This document shows, piece by piece, positions 27,701 to 39,097 of a stretch of 64,000 nucleotides of DNA (position 1 is its first letter; every line of letters begins with the position of its first letter). A program made the translations under genes and the position numbers. The notes beneath the pieces were generated by a model. The model was not told where the DNA came from and searched no databases. It saw nothing but the letters and a program-made list of their open reading frames with translations. The stretch lies in NCBI GenBank assembly GCA_002633005.1, contig NMRA01000906.1, positions 29,706 through 93,705 of the forward strand, read 5' to 3'. The DNA comes from Phoronis australis. Taxonomy: Eukaryota > Animalia > Phoronida.

Positions 27701-27873
27701 ATATTAATATTTATTCTTGGATACAGGTGTCCACCTCAAAATGAATTTCCCACGGTCGTTCTTTATGCCGATAGCAATTTTTCGTGAACTGAATTAGAAC
27801 AGGAATCATAGACCTCTCGCGCGCTCAGTCTATGGTTCTGACACTTCAAACTTTTCTCAACACATACATGTAG
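24759..27873. mobile_element. Second, right-truncated copy of the 18058-22979 element
   Basis: 24759-26310 aligns to 18058-19640 and 26770-27873 aligns to 21603-22405. It lacks the Kolobok insert and the right TIR. A third fragment lies at ~17360-17540. Confidence 0.75.
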
Positions 27874-28264
27874 TCTTTGGTGCAGGACTACACGACGCTT
27901 ATTCCCAGCCATCTTATTGGTCCATGTTATCACGTGCCATACACAGGAAACCAGCGAGGGTCAGCTCTATGCTCTCACAGGCTGGTTATTGTCACGTGTC
28001 TAATTCATGTAAATTTTCCGTTTGTTCACATTCTCACATGTTTCAGTTCACTTTCCCCGACTAGTGTCAGTTACACAGACGTACTTGTCCAAACACTCTT
28101 CAGTTTTACCCACCCTACCCTCACCTCACTATTGGCAGAAATTATTTTTTAGTTTAGTTTCAACCCTATTCTTTGTGATTGTATACTGGTTTTGCCAACC
28201 TCGATCTCCTTTTCATCTCTGGTAACTCAGTAGCTTGTGATGATATCTTACACCGACGACTGAT

Positions 28265-29130
28265 TAAGTCCATTCTGGAAATTAGGGTTGAGGGGTCAGC
28301 TCTCTTTTGTTCGATAGTTGCTCTAATCTCCAATAAGATCATATCTTATTGACTCACTGGGCTGTGGTGTTAAAATAAATTAGGTTATAAAATGTATGAA
28401 CATAAACTAAAGACATTTTTCTGAATTCCCCCGTCAGATAGGCTGGTCATGCTTAAAGTTTTTGAATCACCAAAATCGCCCAACTATATAATCGAAGTTA
28501 AGACTCACACGCTCACAACCGCTGTCCGCCTGCTAAAGTCACGGAAAGGGAAAACGCCCTAATGAACTTTAAAAACCTGTCATTTATCTTTATGACTCCA
28601 ATGACGTCATTTTTCACAGAAGTTCACATTAAATTTAGAACCCCCATTAATCTTGAGTTGAGCTAACACGGCGCTGTCAACCGGGAAATAGTGCGAACCG
28701 AAATTCGATGATAAATTAGGGAGGAAACGCGGTAGGGGATACATTCATATATTTTTGGAAAGATAACGTTGCGAGGAATCCAACGATACCAAAAGCATGC
28801 GTGTACATGACGGCGACATCTCGTTGCTCCCAACTTGTTCGATTCTATAGCCCAACAACAAGTTGGGAAGTTTACCCCCGTAGCCAATATCTTACACGAC
28901 TGCTTAACTCCATTCTTGCGTTGATGGTTGGAGGGCCTGCGCTCTGTTGTTCGATAATTGCTCTCTCAGATCAGATCGTATCTAACCTGACTGGGCTGGG
29001 CTGATAAAAATGAACGTTAAGTTGTAACATATTTGAGCTTAAACCAATAGCATTTCTGAATTCCTCGTCAAATGCCGATCATGTTGCGTTTTTGAATCAA
29101 CTATATCGCCCAACTACAACAGAAGTTATA
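28265..29130. repeat. Diverged direct duplication (~28265-28500 vs ~28905-29130)
   Basis: Shared tgttcgata.ttgctct, ctgggctg, ttctgaattcc and tcgcccaacta segments in the same order. Confidence 0.6.
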
Positions 29131-29254
29131 GTCCAGTCATTCTACGGATGACCCGGAAAAAATTGCAACAGAAGATTTTATTGAACAAATCGTATCCTCT
29201 CACACCCCTTAGTGTGAGAAAAAAGTCTACCGAAATCGGAGTGGGGGAAGTTGA

Positions 29255-29740
29255 TTTTCAAGATGGCGGACAAAATGGCCGCCAGATTTGCAGATGACCA
29301 TTATAACTCGAGAGTGGAATGCGATAGAGTAAAAATTCACAAAGGTTTAGCTATCTTTGGTGGGTCAACAAATCCATTGGAAATAGTTTTGCATGGCTGT
29401 GGTAACACCATCCGCCATTTTCCAAGATGGCCTCCAAAACTATTTGGAGTCGCACAACTCTTACCAACAGATTAGTGTGTCGTCTTGCTTCAAACATTGC
29501 ATCATAGGTTTTCTAGGTCGACTAATCCATTGAGACTCATTGAGTTTGGCTCTAATTATTACTTCCACCACTTTCTAAGATGGCCACCAAATAGTTGCTT
29601 CATGTAAGAACTTCAGATTCCAGAGACACGCCATTTTCACAGATTTCATATCCTGAGTGTTTTAGGTCAGCAGGTCCATTACAATAATTTTTGTCTGGCT
29701 CTGATAATTACGACTACCATTTTCAAGATTGTTTAGCGAA
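29255..29740. repeat. Degenerate ~155-bp tandem repeat carrying CAAGATGGC/GCCATTTT (YY1-like) motifs
   Basis: AAGAT(G)G motif recurs at ~29260, 29424, 29577 and 29724, with shared ggtc.ac.aatccatt segments. Confidence 0.6.
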
Positions 29741-30819
29741 TAATAACTTATTTGGGCGAAAAACATCAGGTTTGCCTGGACTGAAGGATCATTCTCCTCC
29801 TGAAAAAATTTGCTGTATCGAAAATAACTCTCTGCGATTAATTTAGTGATCTTCTATCCACAACGTCTGTGTCACCTCCAGTTAGTTGTAAATGCTAACA
29901 CCAACAGTTGAGACAGGAGAAAGGTTTAGCAAGGTATGTTTAGCAAGTTAAACAGTTTATAAGTACTTGCTCAGCTCCCACCTTGCTTCTCTTTAATGAT
30001 GTTACAGGTCTGTCTGAAGCAGTCATTCTCAGTCTGTGGTCAAAATCTCTGCACAATGAACCAGTATTTACACAACTAATCTCTGTCAACTGAAAATGTA
30101 TCTTCATTCTCGGGGAACTTCAAATACGAAATATATACTGCGTAGCGAGAAAAAAAAAAGATTTAGCAGAACCACCTTGGAACCGCACAGCCGCGTGGAT
30201 AGTTGTTTACCACTTATCCAAGGTCAAAGGTTAAAGGGCTTTCAAGTAAATCGAGTCTCCCGCCAGGTACAGAACAGCTTCAGTCCTTTCATTCACAAAT
30301 TCACCATAACATTGAACCAACGAGGTGTGGTTATGATAGAATGGTGGCGGGGAAAACGAAGACAAAACGTAGCTTTGATCCTAAGGGAGTTGTGCGTCTA
30401 CATGCATACGACCGTTGACGTTGAAAACGAATGCTACGAGTTGCCTCAGGCCCGGCCTCAGTGTGGTCATGAACACAGAAAGTTGTGAAAAGAGATAAAT
30501 CCTCCCCCTTATTCCTTAATTCAATTATTAAGTTAACATTTCGATGTTTCGATTTCATGTTGACGACTTACTTTAACCACCAATTCAATTTTTGTTATCT
30601 ATTTCTTACTTGGTTTGGTATCAGTCTCCCAGCACGTGACGTGTACAGGCTATGAACTGTGACCTACTTTTCTAAGTAGGTCGTACAAAACGGCATAAGT
30701 TGGCTGCGAAAGATAGGTCTATTTGAGGTTTTAATGATATTTAAGTTAGTTACGCACTGCAAAATTAGTTGACATTGCAAGAAAACATTGAAATAGATGA
30801 CATAGTTAAGGATTCTATA

Positions 30820-31446
30820 GGTTATGTATACCGAAAACAAGTTTTCACAGAGTAATTAACCAAAGACTTACAGATTTTCTCGTGTCCCAGTTTAATCGGC
30901 TTTTTCTCGGCTTCGGCAAATCGACTTTATTTGAACTTAGGAACACGAGTTCTCGAAAATGGCACGATGGATTTCGCTGAAACTTTCCTAAGTTAATATT
31001 TAGTCACCAATCTCAAAAACGCTGTTAGGATTTTTGATATAAAAGCTTAGTTTTTGTGTAATGTGGCAAAGACGAATACGACTTCAATTATTTACAAAAA
31101 TACCTTAGGTTTTGCGAGTTTATTTGTCATAGAAACCAAACAAACAAACTAATCGAAAATTCCTAACAGCGTTTTTGAGGTAATTGATGAAGTTTTCATT
31201 TAAAAAAGGTTTCGTTAAAATCGGCTGAGGGGTTATTTTGCTATGAATGTACCTTTCTTAAAAATGAAATTTTTACTTAAAAAAGGTTTTTACGTAAAAA
31301 TAATAAAGACAAATAAATACAAAAAGTATATTTATATTTCCTGGTCTTTGTTCTTTCAGAAAATATTTACTTTTACTAGGTGACAAGGCTTAGTTTTTTG
31401 ATATAAGTGTTAGAATGGAGGCCACTAAATAAGGTTGGACATAACC
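30820..31446. mobile_element. Kolobok-type MITE with internal inverted repeat
   Basis: Termini GGTTATGT...ACATAACC, flanked by TATA/TTAA. Internal IR ctcaaaaacgctgttagga (~31012-31038) pairs with tcctaacagcgtttttgag (~31152-31179). Confidence 0.55.
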
Positions 31447-31816
31447 TTAACCAAATTCATATCAAAATTGTATGAAAATTGAGCGGAATTTTATGGTTTC
31501 CATGTGTTGGTCAAAGCTCACTCGCTTTTCCACGCAAAACATCTATTCAAAGCCAACTGAGGCCAGGGAAGTACCGTACTTTGAACGGCTAATGCTTCGA
31601 AGAGGTTGACAGGATTTCAGTTCCCGAGAGCGCTTATAGATGGCAGTATAATCAACATCATAAGCATATTTTTTGAAATCCATAGAGAAAAAGTGGTGAC
31701 CAAAAAGGTTGAAAAATGACTAATATTCAATTGAGGGTGCATTTTAGTTCCACATACTATCATAAAATATAATAATCTCTGCCAATAGTGAGGCGAGAAT
31801 TGGGTGGGTAAAACTG

Positions 31817-32424
31817 GTCGCTACCGGTCTGTGCTGTTCCCTGCATGCTTAGCCCTGCCAGCACGCAGGTATCACGCAGTGGCACGCGCTTTAGCATTGG
31901 TCGATGTAACCTCGGCAGTCACTGGTTAGGTTTAAAACACCGTGAAAAAATGGCGGACTGTGAGCGATTATTAGCCTTGTCATGCAAATGGCGTCGTAGC
32001 AACTATTTCGTTTCCTGCAGTGAATAGCCGCATGTACAATATCTCAGTGGGCGATTTTAACCGGTGTGTTATTCATTCTGTATGAATACATGACAGTATC
32101 GTAAACAAAAGTCATCGACAGTAGAAAGATGCTCTCCTTAAAGGCGCAACCACAATTTCTAGGATTCACTTTTCCTGAACATGAATTTTAAGCACCGCCT
32201 CTGTACTGGTTCCTAGGTACAACAGACCACATTTACACTTCAGTCCATCACTTATGCCAGTTTGTTTCCGTAAAGCGCTGCGTGTTGAGAATTCGAACAG
32301 CCAATCAGAAACGCCGGTGTACAAAAATTTCCCGAGGAAAATTGAGACCTCGAAATGAATTAAGTGATACCTCTGTGCTGGCGCGGCTACCGCCCCACCT
32401 AGAGAAGGCAGGGAACCAGCGAGA
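31817..32424. mobile_element. ~600-bp insertion with 9-bp TSD GTAAAACTG
   Basis: The direct repeat lies at 31808-31816 and 32425-32433. The uninterrupted host repeat is present in inverted orientation at ~27980-28150. Weak TIR (tcgct...gttccctgc). Confidence 0.65.
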
Positions 32425-32557
32425 GTAAAACTGAAGAGTGTTTGGACAATGTGTAGTAACTGACAGAACTGAGTCAAGGAAATTGAAGTGAAACAAGTGA
32501 GAATGCGAACAAACGGAAAACTCCTATGATTTAGACACGTGACAATAATCAGCATGT

Positions 32558-33155
32558 GCATGCCGTGAATAATACGCTTATGAAAGTCACATAACTTTCT
32601 AGCGCTCGTCCTTCTGAGGGGATTTTCCGGGATCAAAGAGATAGCGGCGCCAGAGTCGGACTCGGTTGCGATGTCCGCATTGTCCGGTGCGAGCAAGACC
32701 CAATTAAGTGTAATTAGCCGATTATAACGTGTAGTAAACACCTCTGCCTGTACATACTGGCGAGTTTTCAAAATGTATTAACCAACAGTTTTCGTTACAA
32801 ACAACTTACCACAGCTGTATTCAGATGGAAAAACCAACCAAGTTTGGTTTTCGATTTTTAAAATTCGATGAACTATTAAGCTAAAAACTACAAACATTGG
32901 GTAAACGACTCTGCGTATTGATATACTCCGTGGATTAACAAACATTGGTCAGAGTTAACAATATCACGTGGATTATTCTTTTAATATACAACTAAGCTAC
33001 ATTGAAACATTTATGAACAACACACAGTGACTAAATTAGACGTCAATAATTTTTAAAACATCGCTTATGGCCCAGTGCATTCCGAACTATTTTACTCCCG
33101 GGGAAGTACACTAACCAGAAAACTGCTATTCGCGGAAATGCATCAATTTCGATAG
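32558..33155. repeat. Dispersed repeat, inverted copy at ~52807-53422
   Basis: About 600 bp of high-identity reverse-complement match (e.g. cgagcaagacccaattaagtgtaatta; tactcccggggaagtacactaac). Confidence 0.85.
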
Positions 33156-34100
33156 TTAGCAGCATAGTTATCGGACAATTTGTGATTTATGGTTCACATG
33201 GGCCTACTGTGAAAACTACGAAAGCATGTTTGTGCACAAATTCCAACTTAGGAGTACCTGTGAATGCAAAAGATACTTAGCCTATATAACGTTTTTGGTT
33301 TAGAAAAATATTAATTTTGTTCGAATTAAAAAATGCGCCTCTGCAACGATTTGACTAGTTGAACCTTTGCTTGTTTATAATTCAACATTCTCAAGTGAGC
33401 AGTTCTTCTTGGAAGGGTTGAGTGGCCCTTAAAAGGGTCGTTGGTTGTAGTGTGCATGAGCCTTAGGACCCTTAGGTATAGCGTGAAATGGTTCTTAAAA
33501 GAACCGTTGAATGATTCAACATAAATCACACAGTATACCATGCTCATCCAAGTACTGAAGGTCTTCTTCATAGCAAGTTTTCATCAGGGAATGCTGGATG
33601 AAAACAGAGGAGATGACAATATCGATGACAGTTGTAACACCTTAAATAGTATTACTGTTCACCAACGTCGTCACGAACCCTGCCTCGTTCAGTTCTTTTT
33701 CCTGTATCCACAAATAATCCTGAACTGTCGGGAAAAAGTGACAGACAACACAACGCATCAAATTTCGAAAATCATCGCCTTCGTACGATTCCGTGTTGCT
33801 GTCACCAGACATGTTCTTCTCCAACATCCATGTAGAAAATCGACGTTGCAAGTGATGGAAACTTGTCTACGCTGTCATCCTTTGTTTCTAACCCTTAATT
33901 CATTTTTAATAAAGGGTTCCTGTTTTTGTCTCATGTTGGTAGTGCATAACTTTTGGTTTTACAATGTATTAATCGTGTTAAATACATATACTGTATGTTG
34001 GTAGACTCAGCACTGAATGCTACCAAAAAAGCCAGAGCATTCAACATCCCACTTTCAAATATTGACAGATCAAGTAACGCCAATCCAGAACTGTGGTATA

Positions 34101-36054
34101 TGTGGTAATACCAGCTACCAACACGTATGATCAATAAATGAAGAAAACCGAGCCAATGTCAAATACCAACAAACAACTTTATCAGCCATCAACTTCGACA
34201 CGCCATCTGGCGATTACCGTAACAATTACACAAAACTCTGATCTGAAGATATCGAGTCCGACTCCGAAGGAGTTACTAATCAGAATTCAGAACACAATGA
34301 TAACAAAGGGTAGACTACCTTTGTTATCTCCAAATAAAAGGTATCTGGGGATTATTCTGCCCCACACAAACACTTAATCACAGATCCAACTTCTGAGGGG
34401 GTTTCACTACACGGGAGGATCTTCGCAGTGCTTCTTCACTTGGCGGCGTTTGCAGCGGCTGCGGTGAGCGTGGCGGTTCAGTTGATTGGTCACCAACTTC
34501 GGGTTCCGAAGACGAAGATTCCACACCAGGACTGGTGTCAATAGTGGGTACATGTAGCTCTGGAGTTGAACCAATAGTATCTACAGTAGGACTAGGATGG
34601 GTGTCTTGAACCTCATCATTCATACCAGGATTGGAACGGAGACGGATGTAATCCATGTGACGATGAACCACACGATTGTCCAACAACTGGATTTTGTAAG
34701 ACAGAGGACCAGTCTTTTCGATGATTTCTCCGGATAACCAGACTGCACCACGACCGAAGTTACGAACACTAACAGTGTCTCCAACCTCTACGGATCTGCT
34801 TCTGACATGGTCGTCATGGGAACTCTTTTGTCGCGACTGTTCCCGTAGTACGTTTGACGAAGTATCTGGTCGCATGAGATCCAACGTAGAGCGTATCCTA
34901 CGTTTAAACATCAGTTCTGCTGGGGTACTCCCTTTTGTACTCTGCGGAGTAATCCTGTATCGCGCCAGAAAACGATACATCTTGTTTTCGAGACTACCAC
35001 CATCCATTTTCTTGATACCATTCTTCAGAGTCTGGACAGCTCTTTCTGCGAGTCCATTCGAAGAGAGGTGGTAGGGGCTTGAGAAGATGTGATGAATACC
35101 ATTGGTGTTGGTAAATTCTCGGAATTCCGCACTAGCAAAGCAACTTCCGTTGTCGGTATCGATTGATCTTGGCAGTCCATGGGTAGCGAACAACTGTAGC
35201 AATCGGTCAATTGTCGCACTAGATGTGGTTGTCGTCATAACGGCACCATCTATCCACTTGGAGTGGGCGTCAATAACAACCAGAATCCACTTTCCATTCA
35301 GTGGTCCTGCGTAGTCGATATGTAACCGATCCCATGGATTGGGAGGCCACTCCCAAGGATGTAGAGGAGACTTTGGTGGTGGTGTGGCTACGGCCTGACA
35401 GGTAGAGCACTCCTTCACCTGTGCTTCAATGTCATCATCTAGATGTGGCCACCACACAAAGCTTCTTGCGAGAGCTTTCACCCGGGATGTGTAGCATGAA
35501 GCTCTGCCAATACGCGTTGCTGTCCTTGCTTTGGAATGACTAGTCTGTTCCCCCATAACACACACCCAGCTTCGGTGCTCAGCTCATCTCTTCTGTTGTA
35601 AAATGGCTTGATTTCTGGACCAATATCAGCACCATTGATCCAGCCAGACTGTGTCATGGTATAGACTTTCGAGAGAACAGGGTCTCGCTGAGTCCATAAC
35701 TTCACCTGAGCGGCAGTAACAGATGTCTTAAAAAACATGTGGTCCATCAACAGTACAACATCTCCAGGAGTAGGGACAGCTATGTCAGGAGATTTTAGAG
35801 GTAGACGGCTCATGGAGTCCGCATTACCATTGTCTTTGCCGGCTCGGTAACGGATGGTATAGTCGTAAGCTGCGAGTGTGAGCGACCAGCGCTGGACTCT
35901 AGGCGATGTCATTTGTGGAAAAGTTCTGTTTTCAATGAACAGGCCCAGCAGTGGTTTGTGATCTGTCAGAATTTTGAATTTTCTGCCATAGAGGTACTGG
36001 TGAAAATGCTTGACTCCAAAGATAATTCCCAGACCTTCTTTGTCCAACTGTGAA
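34101..36054 (-). mobile_element. Ty3/Gypsy LTR retrotransposon fragment (RNase H, integrase), 5'-truncated
   Basis: RNase H motif SQLDKEGLGIIFGVKHFHQYLYGRKFKILTDHKPL. Integrase zinc finger (ELHATHPG...CSTCQ) and DDE core (LHIDYAGP, TDNGSCF, SNGLAERAV). Frameshift near 35480. No gag/PR/RT. A possible short LTR remnant ends ...TATTACCACA at 34101. Confidence 0.9.
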
Positions 36055-37699
36055 ATTTGACAAGAGGCACCAAAGCAAGAGGAGAGTCTGGGACATTAAC
36101 AAACTACAGTTGTCTCTTGGTGCCGAAACTTGCAGTTTTGCCATTTGCGCATGCAAAGACTCTCCCATTCAAGAAACTGCATGATCGAGAACTCTGTGAA
36201 AACGCTAGAGTATTCACTAGACCCATAAAACTGAAGAAAGACATATTTGAAGCTGCTAAGAGTTGTGTCTGTGGTTTATGGCGGTACTGGCTCTGGAAAT
36301 TTGGATGACTTGCGATACAGGTGATTTGTGGATGAGGTGCCAGACTAGCCCCAGTCCAAATACAGTCATTACCACCAAGTTTCTTCAGTAGCTAAATTCC
36401 ATGCTGCCGGGACATATTATCAAGAGCATGAATGGTCAAGTTTCCGTGGCAGTGGCTTAGACTCGCTGTACTGGGGACGGATGCTGGCAGGTGGAAAATT
36501 CATTCCCACGGCGACGGACCTTTCAGCAGCACCAGAGAACCGGCTGGAAGTAGTAAGATGCCCGTGTAAGACAAACCGCAGTTCCAAGAGATGAACTTGC
36601 CGTGCTCGGTTGCATGAGGAGAATGCTGTGGTATAAGCTGCAGCAATTAGGTATTTTGCTAGACACAAGTGAAATTTTGTAAAAATGGCCAATTTTTGTG
36701 AATAAGGTTGGAAATATCCTTAAGGCCTTGTGAATGACATCTGCAATCGGGTCGGGTCAACAAGCACCGCTATATTTAGCCGGGCTGCTTCTGCCTGGGA
36801 GGAATTTTCACGCATGCGCAAATAGCTTGTTTTTGAATTTCTGGTAATGAGGACGAAGAGTACTGGAAACGCCTTACTTACTACCAGATCTGTTTAAAAC
36901 AAGGTAGGTACAATTAGTTTATTTTATCACGTGTTACTAACTGAAACTTAACAATTCGTCTCGGCTTTGACCTAGGATCAAAATCCTCTCATAAAATTAA
37001 TCTTACGTTTGAGTTTCACCACCCACGATCTGACCGCCGCGTACTACCATGTTCATGACACCGCTTAGAGAGTCAACAAAACTTCTGGGGGAGGGGTACC
37101 GTATACCCGGAAACTTGTTGTCCTTATAAACCGCCGCACCTCGAGAGTCTCATTTCAAGAAAAAAGATTGGACCCCAGGACGTCTATACCCACCAAACCG
37201 TGGAAATTTCTTAAAATAAATTGAAACACTAAACATTTAAAGTATACTTGCCTAAAGGCCACGGAATCCTGTCAGTGTCTTGACGGGTGCTTTATTACCA
37301 ACAGCTCACATCCCAATCGTTATCATAATAAATAGTATATTTATTAATTAGAATCACTTAGAAAAACATAAGAAAACACATTTAACCAAAAATAATTAAA
37401 GTACAAGTGCAAGACACGGATAACGTAAAACATTTCCATTATGATCGCTAAAAGATGAGAAACAAAATGAATGAAAACCGATGAAAGACAACTCACGTGA
37501 AACAAGGTCGCAAGCTCGTCGCATAGATACGGGTAGATAGGCTTTTCTTTCTTTTTCTTGCAATAAAGATAAGGGTAAGCCGATTTATAGGTAACCAGCT
37601 GATTTGCGTTAAGGTAAAATAGCCATGCGACCTGTTTGTTATATCCAACAAAGACGCAACAGTAAACTAATATACGTTTAGTAACGGCTTCTACATGTG

Positions 37700-38030
37700 C
37701 ATGGTTACACTGGCTTTATTAAATTTTAAGTCTGGAGCTAGCTTTCTGCAATTATTTCACCTGAGAGCGACTAGATATTTGGTTGAGGAGACAGATTTAA
37801 TAATCTTTCCGTCATACGTGATAGCAATATCTTTGGTTTTGGAGAGTTTAATCTCAGAACCAAAAAGAATGCCCTGTGTCTTATCGAGATGCAGTGATAG
37901 ACGATTTTCGTTCAGCCAGATGCGTAGTTTGCGAAGCTCATTGGTTGGACCATCTTTAATATTAGTGGAATTCTTACCAGAGTAAAGTAATGCTGGATCA
38001 GCAACGTAAAGAAAAAGTTTACAATCGATA
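37700..38030 (-). mobile_element. CR1/L2-type LINE reverse transcriptase fragment
   Basis: Minus-strand translation LFLYVADPALLYSGK...ELRKLRIWLNENRLSLHLDKTQGILFGS...STKYL matches the post-YADD region of L2/CR1 RTs. Confidence 0.75.
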
Positions 38031-39097
38031 GTCCTGAGACCAGAAAGAGTTTTACCAAGTGAAACATGTGTTGTGCGACCATGAAAATAAGTTGAACATC
38101 AGTGCAGAGTACCATCACACCTTCGGTATTTTTCAACACCCTTGCACAAAAACATGTACACTGGTGCCCTACATTCGGGCGAAAAGGTTACACAAACCAA
38201 AAATTTAAGCACCATTGTGTCATAAAAATTGTGTCGTGTATAGGTCACTGTTATAATCTCAGTAGACGAGCTCAAGATTCAAGATTTATATTGACACAGA
38301 CGTTTCTACTTTTTCTCTGAAGGTCTCAGTGAATAGTCAATAAAATTTCACGCATCGTATATCAATAATACCGGCTTTACCGGGAATGTTTATTCTGACA
38401 ACATCCAATTATAAACTAAACATTCTTACTGAAGTAATATGCGGTCGCTCAATAATGTATTGTTTGCAGGCTTGAATTTGGAGGTGCTTGGAAAGGACCA
38501 CTAGAAAACCGGTTCGTTTAGTGATTGTTGTAGTTGGACAATGCTTCTCTATGTCAACCGGTGTCAACGTCCGCTCTTGACATCTCAAAAGTTGATCTAA
38601 GTTCCTATTGTGTGGTACAGAGCAATTAAAGAATTTAATTTAGCGATTTATGCAGGGCAATAAAGTACTGGCTGAAATGAATTAAAATGCCAATGACAGA
38701 AACTGGTAATTTTTAACGTTTGGCTTATGAAATTGAATGCTTCGTGAAACGTTAGTGTAGAATCCTTCTTTCGCAAAAGAAATACGATAAAAATTAGACA
38801 AAAGGCTACGATGGTTTTTATTTCTTGACAACACTTTTGAGTCGATGCGTGTTTACATTAACGCATAGAATTCATTCAGCGTGGTAGATAATTGGTGTTT
38901 GCATTGTGACATCGGACAAAAGCCACAAGAACAGCACTGAGTGCGTCACAGCTGCTAACAAAAAAGGTATGTGGGGTATTTATTGATGTTGTTCGACTGG
39001 TATTGATAAAAGACACCAAAATGTGTTTTGTATCTTGTATTAACAAGCGCACAGTACATTTTGCCCTATCTGATGGTCGCAACCATAAACATCTTAA

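Larger units (their letters stand above)
29143..36760 (+). mobile_element. AcademX-like DNA transposon relic, copy 2, hosting nested MITEs and the Gypsy fragment
   Basis: Left end TACGGATGACCCGG...TTGCA has a degenerate inverse near 36740-36760. 34009-34080 is homologous to 15960-16030. 36085-36160 is homologous to 17040-17115. 36250-36610 reads VYGGTGSGNLDDLRY...SLPP...KFHA..TYYQ..EW...WG...PTATDLSAAPENRLEVVRCPCK (XPG/Cys-rich C-terminus). Outer boundaries are uncertain. Confidence 0.55.

Noticed and set aside
32166-32771. 201-aa minus-strand ORF
   Set aside because: It runs across three different repeat fragments, so it is a chance open frame.
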